Shown here piece after piece: positions 25,328 through 34,677 of a DNA stretch of 61,563 nucleotides. A model generated the notes under the pieces. It searched no databases, was not told the DNA's origin, and saw only the letters and a program-made list of their open reading frames with translations. The stretch lies in NCBI GenBank assembly GCA_964364265.1, contig CAYILA010000006.1:1-61563 (forward strand), written 5' to 3'. The stretch comes from an uncultured Candidatus Saccharibacteria bacterium. Its GTDB lineage: Bacteria; Patescibacteriota; UBA1384; XYA2-FULL-43-10; 1-14-0-10-43-13. Position numbers and translations under genes: made by a program. Numbering within the stretch: position 1 is the stretch's first letter; each line of letters starts with the position of its first letter.

Positions 25328-27418
25328 ATGAGCAATTTTGTACTGAAATCAAAATTTGAACCCAAGGGGGATCAGCCGGAAGCGATCGAGAGATTATCCG
25401 CCAATCTTGAGAGTGGAGTTAAGGATCAGGTCCTTTGGGGGGTAACCGGATCGGGCAAGACCTTCACCATGGCTAATGTGGTTCAAAATATCCAAAAACC
25501 GACTTTGGTAATCGCCCACAACAAAACTCTGGCCGCCCAGTTGGCCGATGAATTCCGCCAGTATTTTCCAAACAACGCGGTCCATTATTTCGTTTCCTAC
25601 TACGATTATTATCAACCGGAGGCCTATATCGCCTCGACCGATACATACATTGAGAAGGACTCCTCAATCAACGATGAGATTGACCGCCTTCGCCACGCCG
25701 CCACCCACGCTCTTCTTACCAGAAAAGATGTTTTAATCGTCGCCTCGGTTTCCTGTATTTATGGCATCGGTTCGCCGGAGTTCTACCAGTCAGAAAATGT
25801 AATATTAAAAGTTGGCGAAGATATTAAACGCGATCAATTGTTAAAATCTCTGACCAATCAACAATATCAACGAAACGATTTGGAGTTGCGGCGCGGGACT
25901 TTTCGGCTGAAGGGTGACACTCTGGAGATTTTACCGGCTTACGCCGAAAATTATTTTAGAATTGAATTTTTTGGTGACAACATCGAAAAGATTACAGAAA
26001 TGGCCTGGCCGGACAACAATGTCTTGAAAAATTATCAAGAGATTGAGATCTATCCGGCAAAACATTTTATTACCCCGGAGCCAATCCTAAAACTTGCAAT
26101 ATCGGAGATCAGAAAAGATCTCGAGATTAGACTAAAAGAATTGAAATCAGAAAATAAGCTTTTAGAATACCAACGCTTGGAACAGCGAACCAATTACGAT
26201 TTGGAGATAATGGAGCAGACCGGTACCTGCTCCGGAATTGAGAACTATTCAAGATATTTTGACCAAAGATCTCCGGGCGAACCGCCGACCACACTTTTGG
26301 ACTACTTTCCCCATTCGACAAGCTCAGGGCAGGCTGATTTCCTGTTGTTCATCGACGAATCCCACATGACTGTGCCCCAGATAAGGGGAATGCATGCCGG
26401 TGACCATTCGCGGAAGAACTCTTTAATCGAAAACGGTTTTCGCCTTCCATCGGCTTTTGATAACCGGCCGCTCCAGTACGAAGAGTTCCAAGATAAGATC
26501 GGTCGAACAATATTTGTGTCGGCGACACCGGGGGAGTACGAGCTCCAAAAGAGCTCAAGAAATCCGAAATCCGAAATCCGAAATCCTAAAGAAATTAAAA
26601 ATTCGAATTTTGAAAATTCAAAAATTGTTTCGGATTTAGATATTAGAGATTCGAATTTCCACGCCAGCGTGGTAAAGCAGTTCATCCGGCCAACCGGATT
26701 GATTGATCCGGAAATCGAGGTCCGAAAAACCGCTGGCCAGATTAAAGATTTGATTACCGAAATAGACAGCCGAATATTGAAGAAACAACGAGTTTTAGTA
26801 ACAACCCTGACCAAACGGATGGCTGAGGAACTAACCGAATATTTAGCAGAGAGAAAAATCAAAGTTGCCTACATTCACTCCGATGTCGAAACGCTGGAGC
26901 GAAGCGAGATACTTCATTCTTTGCGGTTGGGAGAATATGATGTGCTGGTCGGCATAAACTTGCTTCGGGAAGGTTTGGATCTGCCGGAAGTATCGATGGT
27001 AGCGATACTGGATGCCGACAAGGAAGGGTTTTTGCGGAGCAAGACATCTTTAGTTCAGACAATCGGGCGGGCGGCACGCCACTCGGAGGGCAAGGTTATA
27101 ATGTATGCCGACCGGATAACCGATTCGATGAAAGCAGCCATATCTGAAACCGAAAATCGGCGCAAACTGCAGGAACGCTATAACACGGAACACGGCATCA
27201 TTCCAACAACAATTCAAAAATCGGTAAAGCCAAAGGAGATAAAGGAAGAAGAGGAGCTGAAAAAGATCAATAAAGAATTCAAAGTTCTACCAAAGATCGA
27301 GAAAAAACGGGTGATTAGAGATTTGGAACAGTTGATGGAAGAGGCGGCCAAAAATTTGGAATTCGAACGGGCGGCCGAACTCCGAGATCAGATCATCAAG
27401 TTGGAATCGCTGATTTGA
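25328..27418 (+). CDS. uvrB: excinuclease ABC subunit B (with in-frame repeat insertion)
   Basis: ORF track: GVTGSGKTFTMA, FVSYYDYYQPEAY, DESH, C-terminal UVR motif (FERAAELRDQI). Confidence 0.95.
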   Translation: MSNFVLKSKFEPKGDQPEAIERLSANLESGVKDQVLWGVTGSGKTFTMANVVQNIQKPTLVIAHNKTLAAQLADEFRQYFPNNAVHYFVSYYDYYQPEAYIASTDTYIEKDSSINDEIDRLRHAATHALLTRKDVLIVASVSCIYGIGSPEFYQSENVILKVGEDIKRDQLLKSLTNQQYQRNDLELRRGTFRLKGDTLEILPAYAENYFRIEFFGDNIEKITEMAWPDNNVLKNYQEIEIYPAKHFITPEPILKLAISEIRKDLEIRLKELKSENKLLEYQRLEQRTNYDLEIMEQTGTCSGIENYSRYFDQRSPGEPPTTLLDYFPHSTSSGQADFLLFIDESHMTVPQIRGMHAGDHSRKNSLIENGFRLPSAFDNRPLQYEEFQDKIGRTIFVSATPGEYELQKSSRNPKSEIRNPKEIKNSNFENSKIVSDLDIRDSNFHASVVKQFIRPTGLIDPEIEVRKTAGQIKDLITEIDSRILKKQRVLVTTLTKRMAEELTEYLAERKIKVAYIHSDVETLERSEILHSLRLGEYDVLVGINLLREGLDLPEVSMVAILDADKEGFLRSKTSLVQTIGRAARHSEGKVIMYADRITDSMKAAISETENRRKLQERYNTEHGIIPTTIQKSVKPKEIKEEEELKKINKEFKVLPKIEKKRVIRDLEQLMEEAAKNLEFERAAELRDQIIKLESLI
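26557..26674. repeat. family A palindromic element inserted in frame in uvrB
   Basis: Runs agaaatccgaaatccgaaatccgaaatcc...gtttcggatttagatattagagattcgaatttcc, then ccacgc-ca-gcgtgg. Translated as SRNPKSEIRNPKEIKNSNFENSKIVSDLDIRDSNFHAS, between YELQKS and VVKQFIRPTGL. Confidence 0.85.
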
Positions 27419-27489
27419 TTTTGACTTTTGTTTAGCTTAGATATAGTATTTGTAAGCATAGAAAACAAAGCCAATAACGAAGGGAAAGT

Positions 27490-28002
27490 ATGAAACAAAG
27501 CGTCGGAATATTTATTGTTATCGTTGTTGCGATCTTGGCGATTGGCGGCGGGCTGATCTATTACAACAAAAGTAAAAATTCGGCCGATTCAAACCGAGTT
27601 GCCGACCAAAACGGAGATGTTAAGGGAGCGAGCGATAGTGGTGAAAGCGCTGATTATAAGGTTAAACTAGCTAAATTTTTAAGCCAGAAGGGGATGGTCA
27701 TGTACGGCGCTTATTGGTGCGTTCACTGCAAGGGACAAAAGGAACTGTTCGGCGACGCCTTCCAATATGTTGACTATGTCGAGTGTGATGCCGCAGGCGA
27801 AAATGGAAATCCGGAGGAATGCAAAGCAAAAGGGGTAACCGGATATCCGACCTGGATATATCAGGGCAAGGAGTATGAAGGGCTTCTATCGCTTTCAAAA
27901 TTAGCCGGTATTGTCGGATTCTCCGATAGCGGTGCTTCCAATGCCGATTCATCCACAAATAGCACCGATTCGACAACGAGCACTGGGGATAACCAGCCGT
28001 AA
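27490..28002 (+). CDS. membrane-anchored thioredoxin-fold protein (CxxC; VKOR-partner-like Trx domain)
   Basis: ORF track. N-terminal TM helix. YGAYWCVHCKGQKELFG resembles the Trx-like domain fused to bacterial VKOR homologues (recall). Confidence 0.6.
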   Translation: MKQSVGIFIVIVVAILAIGGGLIYYNKSKNSADSNRVADQNGDVKGASDSGESADYKVKLAKFLSQKGMVMYGAYWCVHCKGQKELFGDAFQYVDYVECDAAGENGNPEECKAKGVTGYPTWIYQGKEYEGLLSLSKLAGIVGFSDSGASNADSSTNSTDSTTSTGDNQP

Positions 28003-28011
28003 ACTACCGAT

Positions 28012-28039
28012 AAATCCTAAATCCTAAATCCTAAATCCT
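28012..28039. repeat. (AAATCCT)x4 heptamer repeat
   Basis: Read directly. Begins 10 nt after the stop codon of the Trx-fold gene. Confidence 0.9.
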
Positions 28040-28131
28040 AAACTGACATTAAATAAATATTGTCCAAGACGGGATATTTAACAAGGTGATTCTGGGAGAT
28101 CATTGAATAGCAAGATTATGTCTCCGTACGC

Positions 28132-28161
28132 TTGACACGGGAGTGGGTTCAAAAATACAAT
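28132..28161 (+). promoter_or_regulatory. sigma70-type promoter upstream of the small zinc-ribbon gene
   Basis: TTGACA(28132-28137)-N18-TACAAT(28156-28161). Confidence 0.5.
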
Positions 28162-28182
28162 GGTGAATGTAATATCAAAAAT

Positions 28183-28272
28183 GGATAACGGATTATAAGG
28201 ATAACTGATGACAAATATTGGTTATTCGTTATCCAAACAATTCGTTATCCAAACAATTCGTTATCCGTATTT
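28183..28272. repeat. family C palindromic element with 2.7 tandem copies of a 16-mer
   Basis: Runs ggataacggattataaggataactgatgacaaatattggttattcgttatcc.... attcgttatccaaaca is repeated at 28224, 28240 and 28256 (partial). Ends gttatccgtattt as in 22117-22129. Confidence 0.75.
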
Positions 28273-28303
28273 AATTGAGGAATTTAGAGAGGAGGTGAAT
28301 TAA

Positions 28304-28447
28304 ATGGAAGCATATTGCGTAAAATGTCGATCCAAAGTCGAAATGGCAAACGCCGAAGAGATTACAATGAAGAATGGAAAGCCAGCGACTAAGGGTTCAT
28401 GCCCAAAGTGTGGCACAAAGGTTTTTAGAATCGGAAAAGCCGCCTAA
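28304..28447 (+). CDS. hidden 47-aa zinc-ribbon protein MEAYCVKCRSKVEMANAEEITMKNGKPATKGSCPKCGTKVFRIGKAA (DUF5679-like, from memory)
   Basis: Hand translation. GAGGAGGTG lies 8 nt upstream of the ATG. Two CxxC pairs. A hairpin cccacc-caa-ggtggg follows. Confidence 0.7.
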   Translation: MEAYCVKCRSKVEMANAEEITMKNGKPATKGSCPKCGTKVFRIGKAA

Positions 28448-28601
28448 ATTTTTGTTTTTGCCCACCCAAGGTGGGTTTAATTAAGATATAGCAAAAATGC
28501 CCGGTCCGTCCCGTCTCATTTTATGAGCCGAGGCCGAGACTGAGGCATTTTTGTGTTGAACTGATTGTAAAATTGAGGCAAAAAGGGTATAATAAACTTT
28601 A

Positions 28602-30020
28602 GTGAAAAGATCAGAACTTATTTTAGGTTTTGCAAAAGTACCGGTCGATATCGCAATGATTTTGGCTGCTTTTGCTTTGGCTTATTTTCTTAGAGTTGAC
28701 ATTGGGGTGGTCCCGGCTTTTTCCGATGTCGGGTTAATGTCATATCTTTGGTACTCATTTTATTTGATACCGGTTTGGATGCTTCTTCTTGCCCTAAACG
28801 GTCTCTACAATTTTAAGCGTAATTTTATCTTGCGACAGGATTTATACCATATTTTAAACGCCTCATCGACCGCAATGCTTTTCTTGATCGTCGGCATATT
28901 TTTCTCCAGAACTTTCTTCTTCTCCCGTCTTATCTTGGCCTTTACCTGGGTTCTAAGCATAATTACATTATTGGCGGGTAGATTGTTATTAAACAAAATC
29001 GAAACTATCTTTTACCAATATGGGATTGGCATTCATCGGGTTTTGTTAATCGGCAAGAACGAATCAGCTCTTAAAATAAATAGTTATTACGCCAGTAAAC
29101 AAAAATTGGGTTATCGGGTTTTGGGAACCCTGACCACTGATGGCGAGGGCAATGGTAACGGAATCCCGGTTCTCGGCCCAGTTTCAAATCTCTCGACAAT
29201 CATTAAATCGAAAAACATTGATGAGATCATTTTGACCGAGACAAAACTTTCAAAGGAAAAGATTTTGGAGATAATACAAATTGCAACAGATCAAAGTATA
29301 ACATTTCGTTATGTTCCGGATATTTTAGCCATTCTAACATCAAATGTTACCACCGGATTAATCGGATCTATGCCAGTGATGGAACTGCACTCGATACCGC
29401 TTGACGGCTGGGGTAGAATTGTTAAAAGGATTTTAGATATTATACTCTCGTCTTTTGCAGTAATTGTTGCCTTTCCGATCATGTTCTTGGTGGCAATCGG
29501 AATCAAATCAACATCTAGGGGGCCGTTAATTTATAGGCATCTTAGAGTTGGACGAGATGGAAAGGAATTCTATTTCTTTAAATTCCGTTCAATGTATCAG
29601 GAAAAATGTGACTACAAAAAGGGCGGCAGCAAATGGACGACAGAGTGCGATAACTCAAGAAGAGTAACCCCCTTTGGAAAATTCATCAGAAAGACATCTT
29701 TAGATGAACTTCCTCAATTTTTCAATGTCCTAAAGGGTGATATGAGCTTTGTCGGACCTCGTCCGGAGCAGCCAAAATTTGTTCAGAAATTCGAAAAAGA
29801 CATTCCGGAATATTCAAAAAGACATCGCGTCCGATCGGGAATTACCGGTTGGGCTCAAGTCAACGGTCTCAAAGGCGATACTTCAATTCGGGAACGGGTA
29901 AGGTATGATATTTACTATATTGAGAACTGGTCTATTTGGTTCGACCTTTATATTATTTTAAAAACTGTCAAACTGATTATTAAAGAAGCCCTATTCGGTA
30001 AAGTTGAGTACAAAAATTAG
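28602..30020 (+). CDS. polyprenyl-phosphate sugar phosphotransferase (WbaP/exopolysaccharide priming enzyme family)
   Basis: ORF track. N-terminal TM segments. LDELPQFFNVLKGDMSFVGPRP bacterial sugar transferase signature. Confidence 0.85.
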   Translation: MKRSELILGFAKVPVDIAMILAAFALAYFLRVDIGVVPAFSDVGLMSYLWYSFYLIPVWMLLLALNGLYNFKRNFILRQDLYHILNASSTAMLFLIVGIFFSRTFFFSRLILAFTWVLSIITLLAGRLLLNKIETIFYQYGIGIHRVLLIGKNESALKINSYYASKQKLGYRVLGTLTTDGEGNGNGIPVLGPVSNLSTIIKSKNIDEIILTETKLSKEKILEIIQIATDQSITFRYVPDILAILTSNVTTGLIGSMPVMELHSIPLDGWGRIVKRILDIILSSFAVIVAFPIMFLVAIGIKSTSRGPLIYRHLRVGRDGKEFYFFKFRSMYQEKCDYKKGGSKWTTECDNSRRVTPFGKFIRKTSLDELPQFFNVLKGDMSFVGPRPEQPKFVQKFEKDIPEYSKRHRVRSGITGWAQVNGLKGDTSIRERVRYDIYYIENWSIWFDLYIILKTVKLIIKEALFGKVEYKN

Positions 30021-30027
30021 GACACTT

Positions 30028-31122
30028 ATGAAAATCGCAGTCATACATGAATGGCTTTTGAATGTCGCCGGATCGGAAAGAGTACTCTTGGAGATTATGA
30101 AAGTTTTTCCTGAAGCGGTAATTTACACCTCGGTTTTTGATCAAAAAAAAGCGGCTCCTTTTACAAAATTTGATGTCAGAACCTCATTTCTACAAAAAGT
30201 GCCTTTGGCAAAATCAAAAAGGGAAGTATTGGTCCCCCTGACGCCGCTGGCCTTCGAGCAGTTTGACTTATCGGAATACGACCTTGTTTTGTCGAACTCT
30301 CATATGGCGGCTAAAGGGGTTTTAACCAAGCCGAAGACAATATCTATCTCTTATTGCCATACTCCGCCGAGATACCTTTGGGAGCCGGATGTCGATCCGC
30401 GAGCCAAGAGTGGCAGATTTGCTTGGCTAAAAAATAAAATAGCACATGAGATGCGGATTTGGGATCGTGTTGCCGCCGATCGTGTTGATTATTTTTGGGG
30501 AAATTCAAAATATATATGCAAGCGAATAAAGAAATATTACGGCCGGGAATCGGAGGTCCTCTATCCGCCGGTCGATATTGAGCGTTTTGAAATCGGACCG
30601 GACAAAGATATTAAAGAATATTTTTTATTTGTCAGTCGTCTGGTTCTATACAAAAAATGTGATTTGGTGATAGAGGCCTTTAATGAATTGGGATTGCCTC
30701 TCAAAATTATCGGCCGAGGGCCTGAAGAAAAAAGACTAAAGAAATTGGCCAAAAGCAACATTGAATTCTTGGGATATGTCAGCGACAAGGAACAATCCAA
30801 ATTTTACGGCGAAGCGAAGGCATTTATCTTTCCGGCCGAAGAGGATTTTGGGATCGTGCCGGTAGAAGCAATGGCCTGTGGCCGGCCGGTAATCGCTTAC
30901 GGCGCCGCCGGCGCCGCCGAAACGGTCATCTCCGGAAAGACGGGAGTGTTGTTTCCGGAACAAACAGCGATAAGTTTGGTCGAGACAATTAAGAATTTCA
31001 ATCATAGAATATATAACACCAAAGAAATCAGGGGTTGGGCTGAAAAATTCTCCGGAGAAAGATTTAGGGCCGAACTTAAAGACAAAGTCGACAAGATTCT
31101 GAAAAAAGAGGGAAAATATTAA
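30028..31122 (+). CDS. glycosyltransferase family 4 (GT-B fold)
   Basis: ORF track 30004... Probable start MKIAVIHEW at 30028. EDFGIVPVEAMACGRPVIA motif. Confidence 0.85.
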   Translation: MKIAVIHEWLLNVAGSERVLLEIMKVFPEAVIYTSVFDQKKAAPFTKFDVRTSFLQKVPLAKSKREVLVPLTPLAFEQFDLSEYDLVLSNSHMAAKGVLTKPKTISISYCHTPPRYLWEPDVDPRAKSGRFAWLKNKIAHEMRIWDRVAADRVDYFWGNSKYICKRIKKYYGRESEVLYPPVDIERFEIGPDKDIKEYFLFVSRLVLYKKCDLVIEAFNELGLPLKIIGRGPEEKRLKKLAKSNIEFLGYVSDKEQSKFYGEAKAFIFPAEEDFGIVPVEAMACGRPVIAYGAAGAAETVISGKTGVLFPEQTAISLVETIKNFNHRIYNTKEIRGWAEKFSGERFRAELKDKVDKILKKEGKY

Positions 31123-31234
31123 TTTCTGATAAACTTTTTTTCAGGTGTGGTAAAATTAAAACAGGGATCGCACGGTCTTGTTTTTCTGGTGTTTGAATAT
31201 CGAATATAATTTGGAACTTTGAATCGGAGGGAAA

Positions 31235-33460
31235 TTGTCGGACGAGAGGAAAATAAAAAATGACTTCTGGAACAACCGATCATCGCACGGCGACAGTTTT
31301 GGAGTCTTTGTTGAAAAAGACCTGACATTGCCCGATGACAAAGTTCTGGAAAACACGGAAGGGTTCTCTGAAAATCTCTCCCGCGCCGGCTTGAAACACA
31401 AAAGTAAATATGCCGCTAAACTGGCTTTGGAGAAAAGCCGGGAGATCCAGAAAAAAATTGAGCAAAAATCAAAAAAAGAAAGAAAAAAACTGAGTTTGAA
31501 AAAATTCGGCAACGGTATTTTGTCTGTTGCCGCCTTCCTGATATCGCCATTCATTCTTTTCAAAAAACAATTGGCTGTTTCCTTTCTCTTAATTCTTTTT
31601 ATAACAGCGGCGATCCAAAGCTCCAAGGCAAAAGCGGAACTAAATCGGAATTCGGAGGAAGCCAAAAACCATATCAATGCTTCGTTTGAAGATATGAACA
31701 ACGGAGATATCGCCGGCGCGGTTTTAGAAGCAAACAAGGCAAAGGAAAATATCGGAAAACTAAAACTTCTCTCGCAGGCCTGGGGCCAGGATATCCAATA
31801 TCTATCATTTATACCAAGCAAGCCCTCCAAACTGGTTGCCTATGAGAAATTTCTAGATAGCGCTTATGTAATATTAAATTCGATAAGCTCCTTAAATCAG
31901 GAGGCGAAATCGGTCTTTTCCAACCGGGCCGTCGCCTCGGGCGAGAGTGTCTCCTCAATCGATCTATTGGTTTTTAGCAAGGCGTTTTCGGAGGGGTTGG
32001 ATAAGATGGAAAAGAATCTCCTCATCAGTTCCGCTAACCTGTCTTCGGCCAGCGCCTCTCTTCCTGATGATTTGAAAACTTCCTTGGACGATGCGTCCGA
32101 AATCGTTAAAAATACGACCGAATCGATCGCCACCCTCCGCGGTTTTTTAAACGATGGCTTCCCCTGGATTGCCGGCGAGGAGAGTGAGCGGAATTTCTTG
32201 ATAGTTTTCCAAAATAACACCGAAATGCGGGGAAGCGGCGGCTTTATCGGTTCATTCGCTTCGGCGCGGATCGATAAGGGAAAATTCTCGGCTCTTGACT
32301 TCGAGGCCAATATCTACAAACTAGACAAGGTATTTACGGCCAAGGAAACGGTAAAGCCGCCGGAGGAACTGGCTTATTTGTCTAACGGAAAATGGGCGAT
32401 GCGCGATTCAAACTTCGCCCTTGACTTTCCGGAGAGCGCCGGTAAAATGCTAGAGTTCTATGGCAAGGAAACGGGAAAAGAGGCCGATGGCGCGATAGTT
32501 CTGGATACGACGCTATTCACCGATTTATTGAAAGTAACCGGACCGATCGAGATGCCGGAGTATGGAAAAACCGTCACGGCTGATAATTTTGTCAAAGAAA
32601 TTCAATACGAAGTCGAGGTCGGTTATTTCCAACGAGAGAACGGCGCGGTTGAAAACGAGCCAAAAAAGATTTTGGCCGATATGATGCCGAAGTTTATGGA
32701 TAGATTATCCAGCGCCATGGTTGATGAAAAACAATCTGTCGAAGTGATGGGGGCAATATACTCCGCTTTGAAGAAGAAACATCTCTTATTTAATTTCCAG
32801 AATCAATCAGTCCAGGAAACCGTTTTGAAATTAAATTACGGCGGCAAGATCGAACACAAATTTTCCGATTATCTTTATGTCGCAAACACCAACATCGGCG
32901 GTAAAAAAAGCAGTTTGAATATCAAGGAGACGATCAACCATAAGGTGGCGATCAATAATGACGGTACTTTGGACGAGGTGGTCGACCTGACCAGAAAGCA
33001 CAACGGAACCGGAGAGTGGCCGGACGGCGACAATATTAATTTGGTTAGAATATTGGTTCCGGATCAATCAACTATTACGGATATGAAAAGCACCGGCGGC
33101 AATTTCTGGCCGAACGGCTTGGAGCGGCAAAAAATTTCACCGGTTTATAAAATTGGGACTGAAGCGGGAAAGACCAAAGTTTCTTTCTGGCAGAACACCT
33201 CTGTTGGCGGGGAAACCAAATCAATCACCAGCTATAAAAGCAATTATCGGGTTGATTTAGCGGGCGGCGGTTTCTCCTATTGGCTTTACCTGCAAAAACA
33301 GCCGGGAAATACCGGCGACGACTATCGACTTGATATTACTTATCCAAAGGGTTATGAACCGACAAATGTCAAAAATTACGATTTCATCAACCGTAAAATC
33401 TTAATCAAAAAAATTTTGGATTCAGATGAGGAGATTATAGTAAGATTTAGGAAAATCTAA
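31235..33460 (+). CDS. large membrane-anchored protein, DUF4012-like
   Basis: ORF track. TTG start after GGAGGG. TM segment, then QNNTEMRGSGGFIGSFA, which I recall as the DUF4012 signature. Sits in a polysaccharide gene context. Confidence 0.6.
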   Translation: MSDERKIKNDFWNNRSSHGDSFGVFVEKDLTLPDDKVLENTEGFSENLSRAGLKHKSKYAAKLALEKSREIQKKIEQKSKKERKKLSLKKFGNGILSVAAFLISPFILFKKQLAVSFLLILFITAAIQSSKAKAELNRNSEEAKNHINASFEDMNNGDIAGAVLEANKAKENIGKLKLLSQAWGQDIQYLSFIPSKPSKLVAYEKFLDSAYVILNSISSLNQEAKSVFSNRAVASGESVSSIDLLVFSKAFSEGLDKMEKNLLISSANLSSASASLPDDLKTSLDDASEIVKNTTESIATLRGFLNDGFPWIAGEESERNFLIVFQNNTEMRGSGGFIGSFASARIDKGKFSALDFEANIYKLDKVFTAKETVKPPEELAYLSNGKWAMRDSNFALDFPESAGKMLEFYGKETGKEADGAIVLDTTLFTDLLKVTGPIEMPEYGKTVTADNFVKEIQYEVEVGYFQRENGAVENEPKKILADMMPKFMDRLSSAMVDEKQSVEVMGAIYSALKKKHLLFNFQNQSVQETVLKLNYGGKIEHKFSDYLYVANTNIGGKKSSLNIKETINHKVAINNDGTLDEVVDLTRKHNGTGEWPDGDNINLVRILVPDQSTITDMKSTGGNFWPNGLERQKISPVYKIGTEAGKTKVSFWQNTSVGGETKSITSYKSNYRVDLAGGGFSYWLYLQKQPGNTGDDYRLDITYPKGYEPTNVKNYDFINRKILIKKILDSDEEIIVRFRKI

Positions 33461-33519
33461 TAAAAGTATTTTAAATAAGTAAATATAGCACTCAACTATT
33501 GCTTTACCGATTTTGGGTG

Positions 33520-33548
33520 TGGACATTTTTTATTTGTTATGGTATTAT
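33520..33548 (+). promoter_or_regulatory. candidate promoter of the small Cys-rich protein gene
   Basis: TGGACA(33520-33525)-N17-TATTAT(33543-33548) with an extended -10 TG. Confidence 0.45.
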
Positions 33549-33606
33549 TTTTCCGCATATCGCTTCATCTATACGTATTTAGATTTTTATGGAAGGGAGG
33601 TGGAGC

Positions 33607-33843
33607 ATGAGCGATCCGTGTGCAATTTGTCCAATCTGCTCAAACAGAATTGGGCAAAATCCGGATTGTGCCGTCGTGTCAGTTTCTGACGTTGCGGCAA
33701 CCGAGCGGGAGCTCCGAAAGCGCTTCGAAGAAGCGTTGCATGAGCTCCACGAGCTCGACCCGCGAGGCGTTATTGTCGAGTGGGCCGATGACAGAAATGC
33801 CCGGCAAGTTCTAATCTCCCAGCGGGAGATTGTCGTCGATTAA
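33607..33843 (+). CDS. orphan 78-aa protein with N-terminal CxxCxxC cluster
   Basis: ORF track 33589... GGAAGGGAGGTGGAGC immediately precedes ATG 33607 (MSDPCAICPICSNRIGQNPDC...). GC-rich. Confidence 0.55.
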   Translation: MSDPCAICPICSNRIGQNPDCAVVSVSDVAATERELRKRFEEALHELHELDPRGVIVEWADDRNARQVLISQREIVVD

Positions 33844-34076
33844 CACCCGATCTTTCGGCCCTCTACGGGCCTGACAATAACCGAAGGCGTTTTTGGTCCC
33901 CAAACCACGAGCGCCTCTTTTTATATTAAAAGCAAACCAATTGTTAAATTGATCTTATGAAGTTTCAGGCATCACCCCAAGAAGCTAGAACTAACTTATT
34001 GAGGGATACCCGAGAGAATGACGATGATGGCGTAGGGTATGTGTCATTCTCTCGGCGGGTTGTCCCCCAGAGGGGA

Positions 34077-34541
34077 CTATACAGGATCGCGATACAATGT
34101 CTTAGGCAGGATCTTGCGTCCCGTGTCCCTAGACAACCGGGGACTGCCTTGAGAAAGAAAAGACTCGTCGTTTCCGTCACCGAAACATTCGACGGAGGCA
34201 TCGATGGTGAAACTGCCTCGCGCCGTCTCTACATTTTCGCCCTTAATAAGAAGGGCGTGAGAAATCTGAATTTGGGCCTTCTGACATCCTCTGGGGATGA
34301 CATGAGCTCCGGACGGGGTGTACAGATTGAGCTCATACGCGGTATGAGCTTTGTCGCAGGTCGTGATTTCGACCCTGACTCGGCTATCGCGAGACTTCGC
34401 CTCAAAGCGAATCTCGTACTCGCCGGGCTCTCCCTTGTCGAGTAAGCCAAATAGTTTTGGCTCTACTGTAGGACCCAATTCGATGGGATTCCCGGAGTTA
34501 TAGAGAGCGAACTCGACTCCTCCAAAATACACGGTATTCAT
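34077..34541 (-). CDS. orphan 154-aa protein, GC-rich, no recognisable domain
   Basis: ORF track 34077..34691(-). GGGAGGAG lies 9 nt upstream of ATG 34541 (MNTVYFGGVEFALYNSG...). Consensus promoter further upstream. The overlapping (+) ORF 33957..34445 is judged a shadow. Confidence 0.55.
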   Translation of the reverse strand: MNTVYFGGVEFALYNSGNPIELGPTVEPKLFGLLDKGEPGEYEIRFEAKSRDSRVRVEITTCDKAHTAYELNLYTPSGAHVIPRGCQKAQIQISHALLIKGENVETARGSFTIDASVECFGDGNDESFLSQGSPRLSRDTGRKILPKTLYRDPV

Positions 34542-34677
34542 TGAAACATTCTCCTCCCAGTGCTCGGCAGGGGACAAAGCGGCTAGCGGAAAGCGGAACC
34601 GCAAAATCACAACTGACGGCTGGATGAAAACAAAAACTGCATTCATCCAGCTGCCAGCAAAAAGAGAAATTAGTATG

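Noticed and set aside
24831-28039. The heptamer arrays (AATCCGA)x4 and (AAATCCT)x4, and the many short inverted repeats, could be a degenerate CRISPR array.
   Set aside because: The period is 7 nt with no spacers, there are only 4 units, one array lies inside trmD, and no cas genes are present. These are simple-sequence repeats related to the palindromic element arms.
31156-31830. Long antisense ORFs appear in the ORF track, such as 31156-31830(-), 36638-37228(-), 26302-26862(-), 45624-46106(-) and 50036-50578(-).
   Set aside because: Each lies fully inside a confidently identified gene on the opposite strand and has biased, low-complexity composition. I treat them as non-coding.
33957-34445. 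A 162-aa plus-strand ORF lies in the fourth GC-rich island.
   Set aside because: It has no SD and an AT-rich non-promoter upstream, and it is Arg-rich. It overlaps the minus-strand ORF, which has a GGGAGGAG SD and a consensus promoter. I treat it as a shadow ORF, though this is not certain.
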